From an uncultured bacterium (lineage in GTDB: Bacteria; SAR324; NAC60-12), in assembly GCA_965662845.1 (NCBI GenBank), contig CBFIJD010000019.1:1-55283 (forward strand): a stretch of DNA of 55,283 nucleotides. Reading direction: 5' to 3'. The notes beneath the pieces were generated by a model. The model searched no databases, was not told where the DNA came from, and saw nothing but the letters and a program-made list of their open reading frames with translations. Both the position numbers and the translations under genes were made by a program. Positions 36,207-46,627 of the stretch are shown in pieces. Within the stretch, counting starts at the first letter, position 1. Every line of letters starts with the position of its first letter.

Positions 36207-38999
36207 ATGCCGCTCCGCCTCTTTCAGCGTAGTTCCGGTGCCGCTTCGCTCCCCGTGGATGTGGATGAAACCGAGCCCACAGCTCCCGCAGAAGACGCCC
36301 CCCGCGTTGTCGCCAAGCGCGACCTCATCCGCCTGCTCGATAAGGGCGTGCAGCTCCAAGAGAACTACGTCGAAGCTCTGCAAAAAGGCTTAGAAGCCGG
36401 TCGTCGTTTCTTTGAAGCGTTCAACGATACGCGCCTCGAGCTCGCGCTGGAAGCCTTTGATGAAAAAACTCGCTACGCGCTGTACGAAGTCCTCTTTTTT
36501 CTGCATGTCAATGAACCTCGCTTCGCCAAGCACAAATACATCGCCATCCGCGTGGAGCACTCTTATGGCGTTGCCCAAAAACACTATTACGAAGACTCCG
36601 CCTGCCTCTATCTCGAAGGAGCGCCCCACGGAGTGCAAGGGATTGAGGCGCTGCCTCGGCGCTTTCGCAAAGAGTTTCTGCAATACGTCCGCAAAGAGTT
36701 TGGCAAGATCCCACGCGACCGTGATGTGGAGGGGTTCGCGCCGTTTGTGAGTATCTCCGCCTTGGGGTCTGTCGGAACGATGGCGCACAAGGCGGGAAGC
36801 TCCGACCTTGACTTACAGATCCAGTATGAGCTGGAACCCTTCCTCATCGACTATTCTGACTGGGACGATCGCAAGGTGCACAAGGCGCTACAGAAGTTCA
36901 TTCAGTGGCGCTTTCGGCTGCTGCACCGTCGGCACAAAGCCGCCGGCAAAGCTGTTGAGAAGACCGAACTCCGAGAACAGGCCATTGCCTGGACAAAGCA
37001 GGAGTTCCCAACTCTGTTTGCATATTTCTATGAGCGCACGGCGCTCGGTGATCGCGCCCGTCATTTGGCTGACCGCACGATCCGAACTTCTTTGCAGCGC
37101 GAAATGATGTCGCTCATCAAAAGGCATCAAGGCATGCAGCAGCGCGAAAATAAGCAAAAAGAAGCGTTGCTGCGCCAGCGTTTAGACATGATTCAGGATT
37201 ACATTCAGAAAAAATTTCCTGAGGCGGAGGTTTATCTCTTTGGATCAGACAATTTATCGCTGCGTCTGGGCCGAGAGCACGGCAGCACGCTGGTGTCCAA
37301 AGAGGCGTCTGGCTCCGCATATCGGCTCATGCTGACCTATGACGTGCTGTTGCCGGGCACCCAGTTCACCCCTTGCATTCCTTCGCACTTCATTCTGCCC
37401 CAAGAGTTCTGCAACGTGCCTGCACGCTACGACCTGCTGATGGACGCCATCCGGTTTCAGATGGTCCCGCTCTATCGCGACATTGCTCCGTTCCTTGTGA
37501 ATTTAGGGCCGGCGGCTCGCTTGGACTTAAACTACATTTTAGCGCACGGCGGGGCCGTCTACTGGGAAGCCTTCAAAGCTGCCTCAGGAAACCTCGCGAA
37601 GGCCTTGTTGAACTTGTTCCGCATTGAGATGCTGCACCACGAAAAGTACCTCGTGATGATCATTGAACTCGTCAAGCATCCCCACATATTGAAGTCGTTC
37701 ATGCAAGAGGAGGAGGTCAGCGCAGGAGAGGGGTGGTGGTCGCTGCGAGAGATGGAGCGCCTAGAAGAAGAGATGCCGTTTTTGCGAGCAGATCCGTGGT
37801 GGATGAAATATCGTGCGCTGAAGATCGCCTTCGCGTTCATCCCCCATATTGCTTACACCGAGCGCGGCAAGATCTTGCGGACCATTGACCTCTGCTATGC
37901 GATGCATCTCAAAATTGCCGACTTCTTCAAGCACTTGGCTGCCAAAAAACCGCTCTCCACGCATCGAGACCGCTTCCTCTACCAGTTTTATGAACGCTGC
38001 TTTCCCCCTGATTCAGACGCTCGTGTCCGGCTTCGTTTGGTCAATATCGGCGAGACCCAAGCCGTGATCGAGTTTGAGAACGAGCTTAAGTTCTTGTTCA
38101 GTTCTGCCTTAGAGCGCATCCGCTTGATTCAAGAACAAAATGAAATCCCAGATGACAGCAACCAAGCAGAATTTGAAATCTGGTTTCACTACTATCAAAA
38201 AAACTTTGAGCCACCAGAGAATGTGATCCGACAGAGCATCCTGCGGCACCTGAAAATTCCACGCTTGCGCTTGCAGATTTCGCTGGACTCCCAGTTTCAG
38301 CTGTGGACCTTTCGCTCCTTGCAACAAGAGAGCGGCAGTCAGCGCGACCGCAACGACGAGATGTTCAACTATCTGCCTGACAGCATCGACTTGATGACGT
38401 GCAAGAGCTTCTTGTTTGGGCTGGCTTACTGCATCCACAACGCCTACTACGGCTATGTCAATCGCGGGTCTCTCAAAGAACAAAAGACCCGCATTGAAGT
38501 CGACTCTAGCGCGACACAGCTCCCCGAAAATATCGACCGCAACTACGCCTTCGCGCGGCCCGATGTGATCGTGCGGCTCGCCGACCAAATCAGTGAGTTC
38601 TTCGCCTATCGCTCCTTCAATTACTTAGAGTGCCTCAACGAACGCACGTATCAGGAGCTTTTCTTCACGCTGAACCTGATGTCTTACGGGCATCTCGCCA
38701 TCCTATTCCGCGATAATCTGAATAATTGGTATTTAGAAGAATTCATGATCGACTCCTTCCGCGAGCGCTCTGCGGAGTATTATGAGAAGTCTGAGAAGAT
38801 GCTCAAAGACCGCGATCTGCATCGCACGATTCGGCAATTTCTCAGAGAGTTGGGCATCTCTGTGTGGGACCAACAGGTGAAGTTCACTTTTTGGATCAAC
38901 CCACAGAGTGTCCACACACAGCACAGCCAAGACAAATTCACGACCAAAGAGCTTTGGCTCGCAGACACGTTCCGCAAGACGGTCTTTGCCAACAGCTAG
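36207..38999 (+). CDS. Divergent class I adenylate cyclase-like nucleotidyltransferase
   Basis: 'GSVGTMAHKAGSSDLDL' (CyaA GS.....SDLD), 'EASGSAY', 'NLG', 'GAVYWEAFK...AKALL', 'DPWWMKY', 'LCYAMHLK' in CyaA order. Confidence 0.75.
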   Translation: MPLRLFQRSSGAASLPVDVDETEPTAPAEDAPRVVAKRDLIRLLDKGVQLQENYVEALQKGLEAGRRFFEAFNDTRLELALEAFDEKTRYALYEVLFFLHVNEPRFAKHKYIAIRVEHSYGVAQKHYYEDSACLYLEGAPHGVQGIEALPRRFRKEFLQYVRKEFGKIPRDRDVEGFAPFVSISALGSVGTMAHKAGSSDLDLQIQYELEPFLIDYSDWDDRKVHKALQKFIQWRFRLLHRRHKAAGKAVEKTELREQAIAWTKQEFPTLFAYFYERTALGDRARHLADRTIRTSLQREMMSLIKRHQGMQQRENKQKEALLRQRLDMIQDYIQKKFPEAEVYLFGSDNLSLRLGREHGSTLVSKEASGSAYRLMLTYDVLLPGTQFTPCIPSHFILPQEFCNVPARYDLLMDAIRFQMVPLYRDIAPFLVNLGPAARLDLNYILAHGGAVYWEAFKAASGNLAKALLNLFRIEMLHHEKYLVMIIELVKHPHILKSFMQEEEVSAGEGWWSLREMERLEEEMPFLRADPWWMKYRALKIAFAFIPHIAYTERGKILRTIDLCYAMHLKIADFFKHLAAKKPLSTHRDRFLYQFYERCFPPDSDARVRLRLVNIGETQAVIEFENELKFLFSSALERIRLIQEQNEIPDDSNQAEFEIWFHYYQKNFEPPENVIRQSILRHLKIPRLRLQISLDSQFQLWTFRSLQQESGSQRDRNDEMFNYLPDSIDLMTCKSFLFGLAYCIHNAYYGYVNRGSLKEQKTRIEVDSSATQLPENIDRNYAFARPDVIVRLADQISEFFAYRSFNYLECLNERTYQELFFTLNLMSYGHLAILFRDNLNNWYLEEFMIDSFRERSAEYYEKSEKMLKDRDLHRTIRQFLRELGISVWDQQVKFTFWINPQSVHTQHSQDKFTTKELWLADTFRKTVFANS

Positions 39000-39269
39000 A
39001 ACCTTTCTCTGAATCTGGGGCCTTGGGGTTGTGCCGGTTCTGGCGCCTCCCTTTCGATGCAAAATGCTGAGCCTCACAGGCGCCGAAATTGTATTCCCAT
39101 TCGTCAGGTGCCTTGCTATACATGGCCCCCGCAGTTCTTCCCGCCGATCAAATGTCCTGTCAATCTCGGTCTACTCCACCGCGCACATCGACAGGCGACA
39201 TTCTTTGGATGCGACGAACCGCAGTCTGACCCATCCCGCCAACCGTCACACATGAAGAAGGACCCCGCT

Positions 39270-41996
39270 ATGGACAAGTATTCGTTCCTGAGCAACGGAG
39301 ACATTGGCAACTTCGAGCAGCTCTATCAACAATTTCGCCAAGATCCGGAGTCTGTAGACTCCAGTTGGCGCCAATTTTTCGACGGTTTTGATTTCTCTAG
39401 CGCTCAGTATCGTGAAGACGAGCTAGACGCGGCAGTGCCTGAGATGTTTCAGAAAGAAGTCAACGTCTTGAACCTGATCGGTGCCTATCGCCAGCGAGGG
39501 CACCTCTTCTCCAAAACCAACCCTGTCCGCCCGCGACGCCAACACGAACAACCCATCGTGCTAGAGAACTTCAACCTCGGCGACGCAGACCTTGACACCG
39601 TCTTTCAAGCGGGCTCCCGCGTTGGATTGGGCCCCGCGCCCCTGCGAGAGATCCTTGATTTCCTCGAAGAGACCTACTGCCGCTCTATTGGCGTAGAATA
39701 CAAATTTGTGCGCACCCCACACATCGTCGACTGGCTCCAGTCGCGCATGGAAGCAAACCGCAACCACACGGACTTCACGCGCGAACAAAAAGAGACCCTA
39801 TACGAGCGCCTTGGCCGCGCCGTTGACTTAGAAGCCTTTTTGCACACCAAATTTGTGGGTCAGAAGCGCTTCTCGCTAGAAGGCGCCGAGGCCATCATTC
39901 CTGCGCTCGATACGCTGATCGAAGAAGGCGCCGACTTAGGTGTGAAGGAATTTGTGATCGGCATGGCTCATCGCGGACGCCTCAACGTGCTCGCCAACAT
40001 CTTGGGAAAAAGCTACGACAACATCTTCGCAGAGTTTGAAGGCAAGTCTTTTGGCGACTCTCAGTTTGAGGGCGACGTCAAGTATCACATGGGCTATTCC
40101 AACGACCGCACGACCAAATCGGGGAAGCAGGTTCACCTGAGTTTGGCGCCCAATCCGTCGCACTTAGAGGCGGTCAACCCAGTCGTGGTCGGGATGGCCC
40201 GCGCCAAGATTGAGAAGCGCTACGCGGGCGACGAGAAGCAGATCGTGCCGATTCTGATTCACGGCGACGCCTCCATTGCTGGACAAGGCATTATCTACGA
40301 AGTGCTGCAAATGTCGCAGCTCGACGGCTATCGCACTGGCGGGACAGTGCACGTGGTGTTGAACAACCAAGTCGGGTTCACCACAGATTACATCGAGAGC
40401 CGCTCCAGCACATATTGTACAGACGTCGCGAAAACGACGCTCTCCCCCGTGTTCCATGTCAACGGTGACGACATTGAAGCCGTCGTGCACACGATCAAGC
40501 TCGCGCTAGAGTTCCGCCAAGAGTTTCACCGAGATGTGTTTGTCGACATCCTCGCGTATCGCAAACACGGACACAACGAGTCTGACGAACCCCGCTTCAC
40601 ACAGCCAACGCTCTACAAACTCATCAGCAAGCACCAGAACCCCAAGCAAATCTATCGCAATCGCTTAGTGGATGAAGGCAGCTTCACCAGCGAAGAGCTA
40701 GACGCCATTGACCGCCGCTTCCGCGAGACGATGAACGAGCATCTGGAAAAATCTCGCGCAAAGGAGCAGGTTGAGATCATGTCGTTCTTTGAGGGAGACT
40801 GGAAAAACATCCGCCTCGCTCAGCAAGAAGAGCATCACTTCTCACCAGACACCGGCGTCGCGAAAGAGACGTTGTTGGAGTTGACCAACACGCTGACAAC
40901 CATCCCTGACGACTGGAAGATCTTCCCCAAGATTCGCAGGGTCTACGACGACCGGCGCAAGATGGTGCATGAGACCAACAAGCTCGACTGGGGCATGGGC
41001 GAACAGCTGGCCTATGCTTCGCTGCTGGTGGAAGGCGCAGGCGTTCGCATCAGCGGCCAAGACGTGCGTCGCGGGACCTTTTCGCACCGCCACGCCGTGA
41101 TTGTCGAGGAAGACGACACCAAGCACTTCCCGTTGGCACACCTGCGCGCGGAACAAGGCCCCTTTAGCATCTATAACTCCAACTTATCGGAGTATGGTGT
41201 GCTCGGATTTGAGTATGGCTACGCGATGTCGTCCCCCAAAGATTTGACGATTTGGGAAGCACAATTTGGAGACTTCGCCAATGGTGCGCAGATCATCATT
41301 GATCAGTTCATCTCATCGGCAGAGACCAAGTGGCAGCGCATGACCGGCCTCGTCCTCTTCTTGCCTCATGGCTACGAAGGCCAAGGCCCCGAACACTCTT
41401 CTGCTCGTGTGGAGCGCTTCATGGCCTTGTGCGCCGACAACAACATGTATGTGATGAATTGCACCACACCCGCGAATCTCTTCCATGCGTTGCGGCGACA
41501 GCTCAAGCGGCCCTTCCGCAAACCTCTGATTGTCTTCACACCGAAGAGTCTGCTGCGACATCCACAATGCGTCAGTTCCCTTGAAGATTTTCAGCAAGGG
41601 ACGGCGTTCCAAGAAGTGATCGACGACCCTTACGCCGACGCCAGCCGCGTGCGCCGCGTGCTCTTTTGCAACGGCAAGATCTATTATGAGCTGCTCGAGC
41701 GACAGCAAAGCGAGGCGTGCCAAGACATCGCAATTGTGCGTCTGGAGCAACTGTATCCATTGGCTCAACCGCAGCTGGAAGCCCTCAAACAGCGCTACAG
41801 CAACGCGAAAGAGTGGGTCTGGGTGCAAGAAGAACCGGAAAATATGGGCGCTGCGTCGTTCATGTTGCGCAAGTTTGCCCAAATCAACCTCCCACTCAGC
41901 TTGATCTCACGACGAGAGAGCAGCACGCCTTCCACCGGATTCTCCGTGATGCACAAGCGGCAGCAAGAAGAGCTGATCAATCAGGCATTCGCCTAA
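39270..41996 (+). CDS. sucA: 2-oxoglutarate dehydrogenase E1
   Basis: 'GQKRFSLEG', 'GMAHRGRLN', 'HGDA', 'SGQDVRRGTFSHRH', 'HGYEGQGPEHSS'. Confidence 0.98.
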   Translation: MDKYSFLSNGDIGNFEQLYQQFRQDPESVDSSWRQFFDGFDFSSAQYREDELDAAVPEMFQKEVNVLNLIGAYRQRGHLFSKTNPVRPRRQHEQPIVLENFNLGDADLDTVFQAGSRVGLGPAPLREILDFLEETYCRSIGVEYKFVRTPHIVDWLQSRMEANRNHTDFTREQKETLYERLGRAVDLEAFLHTKFVGQKRFSLEGAEAIIPALDTLIEEGADLGVKEFVIGMAHRGRLNVLANILGKSYDNIFAEFEGKSFGDSQFEGDVKYHMGYSNDRTTKSGKQVHLSLAPNPSHLEAVNPVVVGMARAKIEKRYAGDEKQIVPILIHGDASIAGQGIIYEVLQMSQLDGYRTGGTVHVVLNNQVGFTTDYIESRSSTYCTDVAKTTLSPVFHVNGDDIEAVVHTIKLALEFRQEFHRDVFVDILAYRKHGHNESDEPRFTQPTLYKLISKHQNPKQIYRNRLVDEGSFTSEELDAIDRRFRETMNEHLEKSRAKEQVEIMSFFEGDWKNIRLAQQEEHHFSPDTGVAKETLLELTNTLTTIPDDWKIFPKIRRVYDDRRKMVHETNKLDWGMGEQLAYASLLVEGAGVRISGQDVRRGTFSHRHAVIVEEDDTKHFPLAHLRAEQGPFSIYNSNLSEYGVLGFEYGYAMSSPKDLTIWEAQFGDFANGAQIIIDQFISSAETKWQRMTGLVLFLPHGYEGQGPEHSSARVERFMALCADNNMYVMNCTTPANLFHALRRQLKRPFRKPLIVFTPKSLLRHPQCVSSLEDFQQGTAFQEVIDDPYADASRVRRVLFCNGKIYYELLERQQSEACQDIAIVRLEQLYPLAQPQLEALKQRYSNAKEWVWVQEEPENMGAASFMLRKFAQINLPLSLISRRESSTPSTGFSVMHKRQQEELINQAFA

Positions 41997-42055
41997 CCAA
42001 TTTAGGAGGCCGTCTGACCCCGTGCCTCCGGCAACCGCACTCTTAGGAGCAACAC

Positions 42056-43351
42056 ATGGCTATTGTTGACGTAAAGATCCCAAGCCCAGGCGAATCCATC
42101 ACCGAAGTGACAATTGAGACCTGGAACAAAGAAGACGGCGATTTTGTGCAAGTCGATGAGATTTTGTGCGAGATCGAGACCGACAAGGCGACGCTGCCGT
42201 TTCCAGCAGAAGTCGCTGGTGTGCTGAAGATTCTTCTGCCCGAAGGCGCCGAAGCGAGAGTTGGCGACGTTCTTTGCCAAATTGACACCTCGGCCGCGCC
42301 CAGCGCAGCCGCGTCCACCGACAACGCCGCCGAGCCCGCGCCCCCTCCGCCGAGTGTGGCAGCGCCAGCAGCGGCAGCCCAGACGTATGCGACAGGGCAT
42401 CCCTCGCCCGCCGCGCAGAAGCTGATGAACGAAAACAGCGTTGCCCAAGGTGAAGTCGCAGGTTCGGGCAAAGATGGACGCGTGACCAAGCAAGACGTGC
42501 AGCAGCATCTGCAAAGCGCGCCGGCACCACAAGCCGCAGCGCCAGCACCACAAGCCGCAGCGCCAGCACCACAAGCCGCAGCGCCGGCCCCCGCCCCAGA
42601 GAAGAAGCCCGCAGCGCCCGAACCTAGCTTCCCCGCGCCGATGTCAGGGAGCCGAGAGCAGCGCCGCGAAAAGATGTCCCGCTTGCGCCAGAAGCTGTCG
42701 GAGCGCTTGGTTGCCGTAAAGAACGAGACCGCGATGCTCACCACGTTCAACGAAGTCGACATGAGCGCGGTGTTCAAACTGCGCAACGAGATGAAGGAGA
42801 AGTTTGAGAAGAAGTATGGCTTGCGGCTGGGCTTCATGGGCTTTTTCAGCAAAGCCGTCTGTGAAGCGCTGCGAGATTTCCCTGCCGTGAACGCGATGAT
42901 CGACGGACAAGAAGTCATCTATCATGACTATGTGGACGTGGGCATTGCGGTGAGCGCGCCAAAAGGGTTGGTCGTGCCTGTTGTTCGCAACGCGGAGAGC
43001 CTGACGATCCCTCAGATCGAAGCCGAAATCTCACGCCTCGCGAAGCGCGCCCGAGACAACAAATTGAGCGTTGAAGAGATGACCGGGGGCACCTTCTCCA
43101 TCACCAACGGGGGGGTGTTCGGTTCCATGCTCTCCACACCGATTTTGAATCCGCCGCAGAGCGCGATTTTGGGGATGCACAACGTCGTGCAGCGCCCGAT
43201 TGCCTTGAACGGCGAGGTCGTGATTCGCCCCGTGATGTACCTCGCGCTTTCATACGACCACCGCGTCATTGATGGTCGTGAGTCAGTGAGTTTCCTCTTC
43301 AAAGTCAAGGAATACTTGGAAAACCCCGCTCGCATGTTGCTGGGGGTCTGA
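42056..43351 (+). CDS. sucB: Dihydrolipoyllysine succinyltransferase E2
   Basis: Lipoyl 'ETDKA', E3-binding '[10 protein letters not shown]', catalytic 'SYDHRVIDG'. Confidence 0.98.
   Translation: MAIVDVKIPSPGESITEVTIETWNKEDGDFVQVDEILCEIETDKATLPFPAEVAGVLKILLPEGAEARVGDVLCQIDTSAAPSAAASTDNAAEPAPPPPSVAAPAAAAQTYATGHPSPAAQKLMNENSVAQGEVAGSGKDGRVTKQDVQQHLQSAPAPQAAAPAPQAAAPAPQAAAPAPAPEKKPAAPEPSFPAPMSGSREQRREKMSRLRQKLSERLVAVKNETAMLTTFNEVDMSAVFKLRNEMKEKFEKKYGLRLGFMGFFSKAVCEALRDFPAVNAMIDGQEVIYHDYVDVGIAVSAPKGLVVPVVRNAESLTIPQIEAEISRLAKRARDNKLSVEEMTGGTFSITNGGVFGSMLSTPILNPPQSAILGMHNVVQRPIALNGEVVIRPVMYLALSYDHRVIDGRESVSFLFKVKEYLENPARMLLGV
42518..42589 (+). repeat. In-frame 21-bp tandem repeat (3 copies plus a partial) encoding APAPQAA
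   Basis: gcgcc(g/a)gcaccacaagccgca at 42518, 42539 and 42560. Confidence 0.9.
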
Positions 43352-43407
43352 GCCTCGGCTCCTGCCTGTCTGAACCCTCTGCGGAGGGTCTCCCCACTCC
43401 TTCCAAA

Positions 43408-43446
43408 TAAAAAAGCGACGTTCCCTGCCCTGAGAGAACGCCGCTT
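43408..43446 (-). terminator. Rho-independent terminator for the SapC-family gene
   Basis: Minus strand GCGGCGTTC...GAACGTCGC followed by TTTTTT. Confidence 0.65.
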
Positions 43447-43484
43447 CTTCATCGCTGACCTCCTAACGCTGCTGGCACAAGCCG

Positions 43485-44207
43485 TTAGTTGGCCTGCGCC
43501 TTTTCTTGCTCTTGCTTGAACTTCACCAAGCGGTCGACCTGCGGCAGAGACGCCAAGTGTCCGTAAATCGCAGGGAGCGCGTTGCTGCGGCGCAACTTCA
43601 AGAAGTTTTCGTCCGACAGCCCGTTCAGTCGCTCTTCGTTGAGCATGTAGATGCCCGTGATCCGTTGGGTCTGGCCATCTTTCTGGACATTCAAGTTCAT
43701 GGGAGTGAACAGGTTCAACTCCTGCAGTTCTTTGCAGATCTGGTGCGTGAAGCGCTCCATCTGGTGCAGCTCGGTGAGGTACTTCTTCACGTGTTCCATG
43801 GTCTCGCTCAATTCGCCTTCTGGCGTGAACAGGGGCTTGCCTTCTTCGGTACCGATCAGATCGCTTTCTTCATCCAAACAGATCAAAAATTGGTCGGTGT
43901 CTTGGGTCGGCGCCAAGGTGAACGGATAGCGTCGAATCGCGGCTGGGACGTAGCTCACCGCCCACTTGCCGTCTTCGGCCAGATAGAGGTTCTCGCCAGG
44001 CTGTAGGCCCAGCATCACCACCGGACGAAACTCGCCGCTCTGCTGTTCTTCTACAAATACAATCGGATACATGGAGGCCGCGCGGAAGAACTCCTTCAGC
44101 GCGATGGGGGCGATGTGGAAGTCTTTGGCGAAAAGAAAATTATCCGTACCCTTGACGAGCAGGTGAGCATGGTTTTCTTTGGTAATGGGTACGACTTTTT
44201 TGAACAT
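43485..44207 (-). CDS. SapC family protein
   Basis: 'EF..A...YPIVF', 'LGL..GENLY', 'YVPAAIRRYPF', 'IYGHLASL'. AGGAG SD before ATG 44207. Confidence 0.88.
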   Translation of the reverse strand: MFKKVVPITKENHAHLLVKGTDNFLFAKDFHIAPIALKEFFRAASMYPIVFVEEQQSGEFRPVVMLGLQPGENLYLAEDGKWAVSYVPAAIRRYPFTLAPTQDTDQFLICLDEESDLIGTEEGKPLFTPEGELSETMEHVKKYLTELHQMERFTHQICKELQELNLFTPMNLNVQKDGQTQRITGIYMLNEERLNGLSDENFLKLRRSNALPAIYGHLASLPQVDRLVKFKQEQEKAQAN

Positions 44208-44374
44208 TGGGACTCCTGTGGTCGCGGGGAAAGAACGAATCGGAGCGGAAACAGCCCGCGCTTCCTGCCGATCCATGGCAAAAAGCCGCATACTCTGCCT
44301 GTTTTGTGCCAGATTCTCAAGTTCGGTTATGCGAGGGCCGCGCTTCTTCAACCTCTGTCGAGTGGATGATGTTT

Positions 44375-44851
44375 ATGTCTTTCGAGTCAACGACCACTAC
44401 TGTGCTCCCATCTGGGATCTTGCGCCCTTGCGATCAGGCGGAGGTGCTGTTTCGACTCGATAAGGTCTGTTTTGCTCGACCGTGGCGACTGGATTCCTTA
44501 GCACAGCTGCTGGAGCGGCCATTTTACCGAGCGTGGACTTGGCACGAAGCCGCCAACGAGGAGGCGGAGGGGTTCTTGTTGGCGGAAGAACAAGCGGACC
44601 TGCTCTCGATCTTGCGGGTGGGCGTTCAGCCGTCGCGACGGCGCCAAGGCATCGGGCGACTACTGCTGGAGTTTTTGATACAAAAAACGAGGAGTGAGGG
44701 AACGCCTGGGGTGATTTTGGAGGTGCATGAGAGCAACCTTGGCGCGCAGCAGCTCTACGAAGCTCTGGGGTTTCAGGCGATTCATCGCAAAAAGAACTAT
44801 TACGTCGAGCCCCCCGGAGACGCGCTGGTGATGTTTTTGGATTTGCCTTAA
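44375..44851 (+). CDS. rimI: RimI-like GNAT N-acetyltransferase
   Basis: 'RRQGIGR', 'LEVHESN..AQQLY..LGF', 'RKKNYY...GDALVM'. Confidence 0.85.
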   Translation: MSFESTTTTVLPSGILRPCDQAEVLFRLDKVCFARPWRLDSLAQLLERPFYRAWTWHEAANEEAEGFLLAEEQADLLSILRVGVQPSRRRQGIGRLLLEFLIQKTRSEGTPGVILEVHESNLGAQQLYEALGFQAIHRKKNYYVEPPGDALVMFLDLP

Positions 44852-45537
44852 CAGGCTGCGATCACCGTCACAGGAGCGCCGTCGCTGTTCTCGAAGCGCA
44901 ATGGCGCCACCCACACCTCGCGTGGCGTGTGCGTCAAGTCTGCCAGCTTCATGTCCTCGATGATCAAGATCGGAGCCGATTCCACGGCATGGCCCTCTTC
45001 GTCTGTGCTAGCCAGAAAGGCGCGATGCGCGGCTCTTCCAACCTCGCGATGCGCATAGCTGGTCAGCGAAATGAAATCAAAGCCGATCATCTTGAGCTGT
45101 CGGTGCGTCCGCAGCCAGCGTCCGACGTCAGGGCCTAGGCCAGGGCCACGGAAGATGTATTCAGAGTCGGCGCCTGCGCAGCGTCGTTGCTCCCAGCCGG
45201 TGCGCAGCAGCAGCAGGTCAGCCTCGGCAGGAACCGACTCTAGCGGTGTTTGCAGATGCTCCAGCGTTAAGACCGTCGCGCTGGGCGCCTTGACGTCGAG
45301 CAGGGCCACGTGTGCGCAACGCCAAAACTCGGGGGGATAGCTCTCCAGCGTCGCGCCCTGCCGATCAAAGTGAAACGGCGCGTCGAGGTGAGTTCCCAAG
45401 TGCGCTGCGATGTGCAGCTCGGTGTTGTTGGAGGTGTCGCCACAACACATACTGCGGACACGCTTTAGCTCTAGTGGTCCTTGGTTCCCATAACGTGGCG
45501 TCTCATTGGTGAGCGTGTGGCTAAGATACTGATGCAT
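44848..45537 (-). CDS. Cyclase family (kynurenine formamidase-like) metallohydrolase
   Basis: 'HLGTHLDAPFHF', 'LLRTG', 'GFDFIS', 'IIEDM', 'DGAPV'. Confidence 0.9.
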   Translation of the reverse strand: MHQYLSHTLTNETPRYGNQGPLELKRVRSMCCGDTSNNTELHIAAHLGTHLDAPFHFDRQGATLESYPPEFWRCAHVALLDVKAPSATVLTLEHLQTPLESVPAEADLLLLRTGWEQRRCAGADSEYIFRGPGLGPDVGRWLRTHRQLKMIGFDFISLTSYAHREVGRAAHRAFLASTDEEGHAVESAPILIIEDMKLADLTHTPREVWVAPLRFENSDGAPVTVIAAC

Positions 45538-45671
45538 CCTTTCCTTGAAAAATGAAGAAGATGGAGCGCGCAGCTTTACAGTGTTTGAAGGAGGCATAGA
45601 CTGTAGGGAGAAGTCTCTGCGCTTGATTGGCATGCGATTTTATCGCCAAACCCCTTGATGAGAAGTTCCCT

Positions 45672-46559
45672 ATGCTGGAATTACAATGTCCACCATGGCA
45701 CCTCGCCTTGCATCTCCAAGGAGGCGTCTTGCTCGGTCTCTGGCATCAAAATCGGGCGGTGTTGCGAGATGTGACCCGCACTTGGGAGCGCTCGTCTTCG
45801 CCAGGGGACGCCGCCGCGTTTCCCATGGTGCCGGTCTGCAACCGTGTGTTTGAGAACGCGTTCTCGCACCAAGGGACACGCTATGAGCTGTCTCCCAACA
45901 TCCAAGGGCAACCACATTATCTCCACGGCGAGGGCTGGCTGCGAGAGTGGAAGCTCGCCGATCAGCAGGAAGCGCACATCACCCTCACGTTAGACGTGCA
46001 GGAGAGCGCTGCGCCGTGGCGCTATCACGCATGGCAGGTCTTTCGACTGTCAGAAGAGCGCTTTGAAGTCGAGGTGGGAGTGCGCAACACGGGCCTCGTC
46101 GAGCTGCCCTTTGGGGTCGGTTGGCATCCCTATTTCGCAGCAAACGCCCAATCTACGTTGAAGCTGCAGGCCTCACACATCTGGAGCATGAGCCCTGATT
46201 TTCAACCGCTTGGCGCGACCGAACTTCCCACAGAGTTGAACTTCTCCAGCGCAGAGATGTTGCCGCCAGAGTTCTACGACTGCGGTTTTCTCGGCTGGAA
46301 CGGCGTCGCGACCCTGCAGCTGCGTCCACAGCTCTGCGTTGAGATGCGCACCGACCCCGCGCCCAAACAGTGCTTTCTCTATCGCCCTTTAGACGATCAA
46401 GAGCGGCCGGTCTCTTTTCTGTGTCTGGAGCCGATGAGCCATGGCCCCAACGCGGTCAATGATGCCGCCTTGGTAGCGCAAGGCTTGGTCGACCCCATGA
46501 CGCCGCTCGCTCCTCAAGCCGAGTTGCTCCAACGAACGCACCTGCGCGTCATCTCCTAG
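45672..46559 (+). CDS. Aldose 1-epimerase family protein
   Basis: 'FPMVPVCNRV', 'LHGEGW', 'GVGWHPYF', 'CLEPMSH'. Confidence 0.9.
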   Translation: MLELQCPPWHLALHLQGGVLLGLWHQNRAVLRDVTRTWERSSSPGDAAAFPMVPVCNRVFENAFSHQGTRYELSPNIQGQPHYLHGEGWLREWKLADQQEAHITLTLDVQESAAPWRYHAWQVFRLSEERFEVEVGVRNTGLVELPFGVGWHPYFAANAQSTLKLQASHIWSMSPDFQPLGATELPTELNFSSAEMLPPEFYDCGFLGWNGVATLQLRPQLCVEMRTDPAPKQCFLYRPLDDQERPVSFLCLEPMSHGPNAVNDAALVAQGLVDPMTPLAPQAELLQRTHLRVIS

Positions 46560-46627
46560 CTTGAATCTCCTCCGAACTTACGACAAAGTGTTCGACTTTT
46601 CTGCAACCCATTTGCCAAGAGGTTCAC

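Noticed and set aside
39000..39269. sucA RNA motif or riboswitch in the sucA leader
   Set aside because: Only a short GGCGCCT/AGGCGCC pairing is present, with no recognisable consensus.
42002..42918. Minus-strand ORFs with CGAGAAA or WCWRCGL repeats
   Set aside because: Antisense translation of the sucB linker repeat.
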